The notes beneath the pieces were generated by a model. That model ran no database searches. It saw only the letters and a list, made by a program, of their open reading frames with translations, and was not told the origin of the DNA. Positions 56,501 to 64,000 of a stretch of DNA of 64,000 nt are shown here, piece by piece. The stretch is taken from the NCBI RefSeq assembly GCF_009914755.1, contig NC_060933.1. The stretch is one strand, 5' to 3'. Both the position numbers and the translations under genes were made by a program. This stretch comes from the human T2T-CHM13v2.0 reference genome, Homo sapiens. Position 1 is the stretch's first letter; every line of letters starts with the position of its first letter.

Positions 56501-59500
56501 ATTGCAATGGGATGGAATGGAATGGAATGGAATGGAAGGGAATGGAATGGAATGGAATTAACCTGAACAGAATGGAATGGAATGGAATGGAACGGAATGG
56601 AAGAGAATGGAATGGAATGGAATTAACCTGAACAGAATGAAATGGAATGGAATGGAACGGAATGGAATGGAATGGAATGGAATGCAATGCAATGGGATCA
56701 ACCCGAGTGCAGGGGAATGGAATGGAATGGAATGCAATGGAATGGAATCAATGAACCCGAGTGCAATAGAATGCAGTGGAATGGAATGGAATGGAATGGA
56801 AAGTACCCGAATGGAATGGAATGGAATGGAGTGTAAGGGAATTAAAAAGAATCAATCCGAATGTAATGGAATGGAATGGAACGGAATGGAATGGAATGGA
56901 ATGGAATGGAATGGAATGGAATCAACTCGATTGCAATGGAATGGAATGGAATGGAATGGAATGGAATGGAATGGAATGGAATGGAATGGAATTAACCCGA
57001 ATAGAATCGAATGGAATGGAATGGAATGGAATGGAATGGAATGGAATGGAAGGGAATGGAATGGAATGGAATGGAATGGAATTAACCCGAATAGAATGGA
57101 ATGGAACGGAAAGGAAGGGAATGGAATGGAATGGAATCAAATCGAGTGCAGGGGAAAGCAATGCAATGGAATGAAATGGAATGGAGTCATACGGAATGGA
57201 AGGGAATGGAATGGAATCAACCAGAGTGCAATGGAAAGGAGTGGAATGGAATGGAATAGAATGGAAATAACACGAATGGAATAGAATGTATTGGAGTGTA
57301 AGGGAATTGAATAGAATCAATCCGAATGTAATTGAATAGAACGGAAAGGAATGGAATGGAATGGAATGGAATGGAATGGAATGGAATGGAATGAAATGGA
57401 ATGGCATGGAATGGAATGGAATCAACCCGAGTTCAATGGAATTGAATGGAATGGAATGGAATGGAATGGAATGGAATCAACTCGATTGCAATGGAATGGA
57501 ATGGAATGGAATGGAATGGAATGGAATTAACCCTACTAGAATGGAATGGAATGGAATGGAATGGAATAGAATGGAATGGAAGGGAATGGAATGGAATGGA
57601 ATGGAATGGAATTAACCCGAATAGAATGGAATGGAATGGAATGGAATGGAATGGAATGGAATCAACTCGATTTCAATGGAATGGAATGGAATGGAATGGA
57701 ATGCAATGGAAGGGAATGGAATGGAATGGAATGAAATTAACCCGAATAGAATGGAATGGAATGGAATGGAATGGAATGGAATGGAATGGAATGGAATAGA
57801 ATGGAATCCACCCGAGTGCAGGGGAATGGAATGGAATGGAATGCAATGGAATGGAATCATACGGAATGGAATGGAATGGAATGGAATGCAATGGAATGGA
57901 ATGGAATCAACCCGATTGCAATGGAATAGAGTGGAATGGAATGGAATGGAATGGAAACAACCCGAATGGAATGGAATGTAATGGAGAGTAAGGGAATTGA
58001 ATAGAATCAATACGAATGTAATGGAATGGAATGGAACGGAATGGAATGCAATGGAATGGAATGGAATGCAATGGAATGGGATCAACCCGAGTGAAATGGA
58101 ATGGAATCGAAAGGAATGGAATGGAATGGAATGGTTTCAACCCGAATGGAATGGAAAGGAATGGAATCAACCCGAGTGGAATGGAATGGAATGGAATGGA
58201 ATGGAATGGAATGGGTTCAACTCGAATGGAATGGAAAGGAATTGAATCAACCCGAGTGGAATGGCATGGAATGGAATGGAATGGAATGGAATGGAATGGA
58301 AGGGAATGGAATGGAATGGAATTAACCTGAACAGAATGGAAGGGAATGGAATGGAACGGAACGGAATGGAATGGAATGGAATGGAATGGAATGGAATGCA
58401 ATGGAATGGGATCAACCCGAGTACAGGGGAATGGAATGCAATGGAATGGAATGGAATGGAATGGAATGAACCAGTGTGTAATGGAATGGAATCGAATGGA
58501 ATGGAATGGAATGGAATGGATTCAAGTCGAATGGAATGGAAAGGAATGGAATCAACCCGAGTGGAATGGCATGGAATGGAATGGAATGAAATGGAATGGA
58601 ATGGAATGGAATGGTACGGAATAGAACGGAATGAAACGAAATGGAATGGAATGGAATGGAATGGAAAGGAATGGAATGGAATCAACCCGAGTGCAGGGGA
58701 ATGGAATGGAATGGAAGGCAATGGAATGCAATCATCCGGAATTGAATGGAATGGAATGGAATGGAATGGAATCAACTCGATTGCAATGGAATGTAATGGA
58801 ATGGAATGGAATGGTATTAACCCTAATAGAATGGAATGGAATGGAATGGAAGGGAATGGAATGGAATGGAATGGAATGGAATGGAATTAACCGGAATAGA
58901 ATGCAATGGAATGGAATGGAATGGAATGGAATGGAATGGAATGGAATGGAATGAAATGGAATCAACTCGATTTCAATGGAATGGAATGGAATGCAATGGA
59001 ATGGAATGGAATGGAATGGAATGAAATTAACCCGAACAGAATGGAATGGAATGGAATGGAATGGAATGGAATGGAATAGAGTGGAATGGAATGGAATGGA
59101 ATAGAATGGAATCCACCCGAGTGCAGGGGAATGGAATGGAATGGAATGCAATGGAATGGAATCATACGGAATGGAATGGAATGGAATGGAATGGAATCAA
59201 CCTGATTGCAATGGAATGGAGTGGAATGGAATGGAATGGAATGGAAACAACCCGAATGGAATGGAATGGAATGGAGTGTAAGGGAAGTGAATAGAATCAA
59301 TACGAATGTAATGGAATGGAAAGGAACGGAATGGAATGCAATGGAATGGAATGGAATCCAATGGAATGGGTTCAACCCGAGTGCAATGGAATGGAATCGA
59401 AAGTAATGGAATGGAATGGAATGGATTCAACACCAATGGAATGGAAAGGAATGGAATCAACCCGAGTGGAATGGAATTTAATGGAATGGAATGGAATGGA

Positions 59501-61230
59501 ATGCAGTGAAATGGAATCAAACCTAGTGCAATGGAATGGAATGGAATGGAATGGAATGGATTAGATTCAACCCAAATGGAATGGAAAGCAATGGAATCAA
59601 CCCGAGTGGAATGGCATGGCATGGAATGGAATGGAATGGAATGGAATGGAAGGGTACGGAATAGAATGGAATGGAACGAAATGGAATGGAATGGAATGGA
59701 ATGGAATGGAATGGAATGGAATGGAATAGAATGGAATCCACCCGATTGCAGGGGAATGGAATGGAATGGAATGCAATGGAATGGAATGGAATGGATTCAA
59801 CCCGAATGGAATGGAAAGGAAAGGAATAAACCCGAGTGAAATGGCATGGAAGGGAATGGAATGGAATGCAATGGTACGGAGTAGAATGGAATGGAACGAA
59901 ATGGAATGGAATGGAATGGAATGGAATGGAATTGGATGGAATGAACCCGTGAGCAATGGAATGGAATGGAATGGAATGGAATGGAATGGAATGGATTGGA
60001 ATGGGTTCAACTCGAATGGAATGGAAAGGAATGGAATCAACCCGAGTGGAATGGCATGGAATGGAATGGAATGGAATGGAATGGAATGGAATGGAATGGA
60101 TTCAACCCGAATGGAATGGATTCAACCCGAATGGAATGGAAAGGAATGGAATAAACCCGAGTGGAATGGCATGGAATGGAGTGGAATGGAATGGAATGGA
60201 AGGGAATGGTACGGAATAGAATGGAATGGAACGAAATGGAATGGAATGGAATGGGATGGAATGGAATGGAATGGAATGAACCCGTGTGCAATTGAATGGA
60301 ATCGAATGGAATGGAATGCAATGGAATGGATTCAACTAGAATGGAATGGAAAGGAATGGAATCAACTCGAGTGGAATGGCATGGCATGGAATGGAATGGA
60401 ATGGAATGGAATGGAATGGAAAGGTACGGAATAGAATGGAATGGAACGAAATGGAATGGAATGGAATGGAATGAATGGAATGGAATGGAATAGAATGGAA
60501 TCCACCCGATTGCAGGGGAATGGAATGGAACGGAATGCAATGGAATGGAATGGAATGGATTCAACCCGAATGGAATGGAAAGGAATGGAATCAACCCGAG
60601 TGGAATGGCATGGAATGGAATGGAATGCAATGGAATGGAATGGTACGGAATAGAATGGAATGGAACGAAATGGAATGGAATGGAATGGAATGGAATGGAA
60701 TGGAATGGAATGGAATGGAATCAACCTGTGTGCAATGGAATGGAGTGGAATGGAATGTAATGGAACGGAAACAACCCGAATGGAATGGAAAGTAATGGAG
60801 TGTAAGGGAATTGAATACAATCAATCCGAATGTAATGGAATGGAATGGAACGGAATGGAATGGAATGGAATGGAATGGAATGGAATGGAATGGAATGAAA
60901 TGGAATGGCAGGGAATGGAATGGAATCAACCCGAGTGCAAAGGAATGGAATGGAATGGAATGGAATGGAATGGAATGGAATGGATTCAACCCGAATGGAA
61001 TGGAAAGGAATGTAATAAACCTGAGTGGAATGGCATGGAATGGAATGGAATGGAATGGAATGGTACGGAATAGAATGGAATGGAACGAAATGGAATGGAA
61101 TGGAATGGAATGGAATGGAATCAACCTGAGTGCAATGGAATGGAGTAGAATGGAATGTAATGGAATGGAAACAACCCGAATGGAATGGAATGTAATGGAG
61201 TGTAAGGGAATTGAGTACAATCAGTACGAA
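50520..61230 (-). repeat. ~2.7 kb segment duplicated at ~7.9 kb offset (50.5-53.2 kb vs 58.5-61.2 kb)
   Basis: ggattcaagtcgaa (50582/58518), gaacggaatgaaacgaa, ggaatttaatgg (~51552/59473), ggattagattcaacccaaa, and the same 1-bp phase slip gaatgaatgg (~52503/60469). Confidence 0.83.
53200..58440 (-). repeat. ~2.78 kb tandem duplication
   Basis: tgcaggtgaatgg (~53650/56428), gaatagaatgtattggagtg (54501/57279), aaccctactag (54751/57529), cccgagtacagggg (55678/58416); ORF twins 53799/56577 and 53864/56642 differ by 2778. Confidence 0.88.
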
Positions 61231-64000
61231 TGTAATGGAATGGAATGGAACGGAATGGAATGGAATGGAAAGGAATGGAATCAACACGAGTGCAGGGGAA
61301 TGGAATGGAATGGAATGCAATGGAATGGAATCATCCTGAATGGAATGGAATGCAATGGAATGGAATCAATCAACCCGAGTGCAATAGAATGCAGAGGAAT
61401 GGAATGGAATGGAATGGAAACTACCCGAATGGAATGGAATGTAATGGAGTGTAAGGGAATTAAAAAGAATCAATCCGAATGTAATGGAATTGAACGGAAA
61501 GGAATGGAATGGAATGGAACTGAATGGAATGGAATGGAATGAAATGGAATGGCATGGAAAGGAATGGAATCAACCCGAGTTCAATGGAATGGAATGGAAT
61601 GGAATGGAATGGAATGGAATGGAATGGATTCAACCCGAATGGAATGGAAAGGAATGGAATAAACCCGAGTGAAATGGCATGGAAGGGAATGGAATGGAAT
61701 GGAATGGTAAGGAATAGAATGGAATGGAACGAAATGGAATGGAATGGAATGGAATGGAATGGAATGGAATGGAATGGAATGGAATGGAATGAACCCGTGT
61801 GCAAAGGAATGGAATGGAATGGAATGGAATGGAATGGAATGGAATAGAATGGAATGGGTTCAACTGGAATGGATTGGAAAGGAATGGAATCAACCCGAGT
61901 GCAATGGAATGGAGTGGAATGGAATGAAATGGAATGGAATCAACCCGAGTGCAATGGAATGGAATGGAATGGAATGGAATGGAATGGAATGGAATGAATT
62001 CAACCCGAATGGAATGGAAAGGAATGGAATAAACCCGAGTGGAATGGCATGGAATGGAGTGGAATGGAATGGAATGGAATGGTACGGAAGAGAATGGAAT
62101 GGAACGAAATGGAATGAAATGGAATAGAATGGAATGGAATGGAATGGAATGGAATGAACCCGTGAGCAATGGAATGGAATCGAATGGAATGGAATCGAAT
62201 GGAATGGATTCAACTCGAATGGAATGGAAAGTAATGGAATCAACCCGAGTGGAATGGCATGGAATGGAATCGAATGGAATGGAAAGGAATGGAATCAACC
62301 CGAGTGCAGAGGAATGGAATGGAATGGAAGGCAATGGATTGGAATGAAATGGAATGGCATGGAATGGAATGGAATCAACCCGAGTTCAATGGAATTGAAT
62401 GGAATGGAATGGAATGGAATGGAATGGAATTAACTCGATTGCAAAGGAATGGAATGGAATGGAATGGAATGGAATGGAATGGAATGGAATGGAATGGAAT
62501 TAACCCTAATAGAATGGAATGGAATGGAATAGAATGGAATGGAATGGAAGGGAATGGAATGGAATGGAATGGAATTAACCCGAATAGAATGGAATGGAAA
62601 GGAATTGAATGGAATGGAATGGAATGGAATCAACTCGATTTCAATGGAATGGAATGGAATGGAATGGAATGGAATGGAATAGAATGGAATCCACCCGAGT
62701 GCAGGGGAATGGAATGGAATAGAATGCAATGGAATGGAATCATACGGAATGGAATGGAATGGAATGGAATTGAATGGAATGGAAAGGAATGGAAACACCC
62801 CGAATGGAATGGAATGTGATGGATTGTAAGGGAATTGAATAGAATCAATCCGAATGTAATGGAATTGAATGGAATGGAATGGAATGGAATGGAATGGAAT
62901 GCAAAGGAATGGGATCAACCCGAGTGCAATGGAATGGAATCGAAAGGAATGGAATGGAATGGAAAGGCTTCACCCCGAATGGAATGGAAAGGAATGGAAT
63001 CAACCCGAGTTGAATGGAATGTAATGGAATGGAATGGAATGGAATGGAATGGAATGGAATGCAATGGAATGGAACAGAATGGAATCAACCCGATTGCAAT
63101 GAAACTGAATGGAATGGAATGGAATGGAATGGAATTAACCCAAATAGAATGGAATGGAATGGAATGGAATGGTATGGAATGGAATGCAACGGAATGGAAT
63201 GGAATGGAATTGAATAGAATCAACCCGGGTGCAGGGGAATGCAATTGAATGGAAGGCAATGGAATGCAATCATCCGAAATGGAATGGAATTGAATGGAAT
63301 GGAAAGGTTTCAACCCGAATGGAATGGAATGGAAAGGAATCAACCCGAGTGGAATGGCATGGAATGGAATGGAATGGAATGGAATGGAATGGAATGGAAT
63401 GGTATGGAATAGAATGGAATGGAACGAAATAGAATGGAAGGGAATGGAATGGAATGGAATGGAATCAACCCGACTGCAATGGAATGGAGTGGAATGGAAT
63501 GGAATGGAATGGAAACAACCCGAATGGAATGGAATGTAATGGAGTGTAAGGGAATTGAATACAATCAACACGAATGTAATGGAATGGAATGGAACGGAAT
63601 GGAATGGAATGGAATGGAATGGAATGGAATGGAATGGATTCAACCCAAATGGAATGGAAAGCAATGGAATCAACCCGAGTGGAATGGCATGGAACGGAAT
63701 GGAATGGAATGGTATGGAATAGAGTGGAATGGAAAGAAATGGAATGGAATGGAATGGAATGGAACGGAATGGAATGGAAAGGAATGGAATGGAATGGAAT
63801 GGAATAGAATGGAATGGAATGAAATGGAATGGAATGGAACGGAATGGAATGGAATCAATCCGAGTGGAATAGAAGGGAATGCAATCGAGTAGAATGGAAA
63901 GGAATGGAATCAACCAGAGTGGAATGGAAGGGAATGGAATGGAATGGAATGGAATGGAATGGAATGGAATGGAATGGAATCAAGTCGATTGCAATGGAAT

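Larger units (their letters stand above)
43910..64000 (-). repeat. Satellite III (HSat3) array, inverted block (GGAAT on the top strand)
   Basis: Continuous (GGAAT)n with CAACCCGAGTG / CAACCCGAATG spacers, the reverse complement of the left-hand array; runs to the window end. Confidence 0.97.

Noticed and set aside
91-63913. Hundreds of ORFs in all six frames (MEWNG / IPFHS repeats, up to 438 aa)
   Set aside because: A GGAAT/CATTC pentamer has no stop codon in any frame, so long overlapping ORFs are expected. There is no domain, codon or splice evidence.
1-64000. Repeat-plus-spacer look suggesting a CRISPR array
   Set aside because: The 'spacers' are themselves recurrent degenerate pentamers, there is no constant 23-47 bp repeat with unique spacers, and there are no cas genes.
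1-64000. HSat2, alpha satellite/CENP-B boxes, telomeric repeats, Alu/L1 insertions
   Set aside because: No CATTCGATTC dominance, 171-bp monomers, TTAGGG runs, poly-A tails or non-satellite stretches were seen by eye.
1-64000. DYZ1-type 3.6 kb or any single fixed higher-order repeat
   Set aside because: Observed offsets vary (0.66, 0.73, 0.85, 1.4, 2.4, 2.8, 4.3, 7.9, 9.9 kb) and no single period spans the window.
43910-64000. G-quadruplex or EWS-FLI1 GGAA microsatellite interpretation of the G-rich strand
   Set aside because: G-runs are mostly GG, and the unit is GGAAT rather than contiguous (GGAA)n. Known (TGGAA)n hairpins are a generic satellite property, not specific to this window.

Overview
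The whole 64 kb window is primate (human-type) classical satellite III (HSat3): a 5-bp-phased (CATTC/GGAAT)n array with the diagnostic spacer CAACCCGA(G/A)T / A(C/T)TCGGGTTG. I see no credible protein-coding gene, RNA gene, Alu/L1 insertion or unique sequence, and the listed ORFs are artefacts of the pentamer (poly-MEWNG / poly-IPFHS). The array is not uniform. (1) A sharp strand switch lies at 43,908-43,910, with CATTC on top to the left and GGAAT on top to the right, a 2-bp CC microhomology and no inserted bases. (2) The left arm has two sub-domains (A ~1-33.4 kb, B ~33.5-43.9 kb). The inverted block (C) is B-like and carries reverse-complement copies of B segments close to the junction. (3) Domain A alone carries ~18 perfect three-unit heat-shock elements (TTCcgGAAgaTTC) and a recurrent 14-bp palindrome. 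(4) Nested tandem and dispersed duplications range from 20 bp to ~10 kb offset. All repeat coordinates and counts were read by eye and are approximate. Assignment to the 9q12-like HSat3 family is inference. I found no new protein-coding system; the most interesting signals are structural and regulatory.
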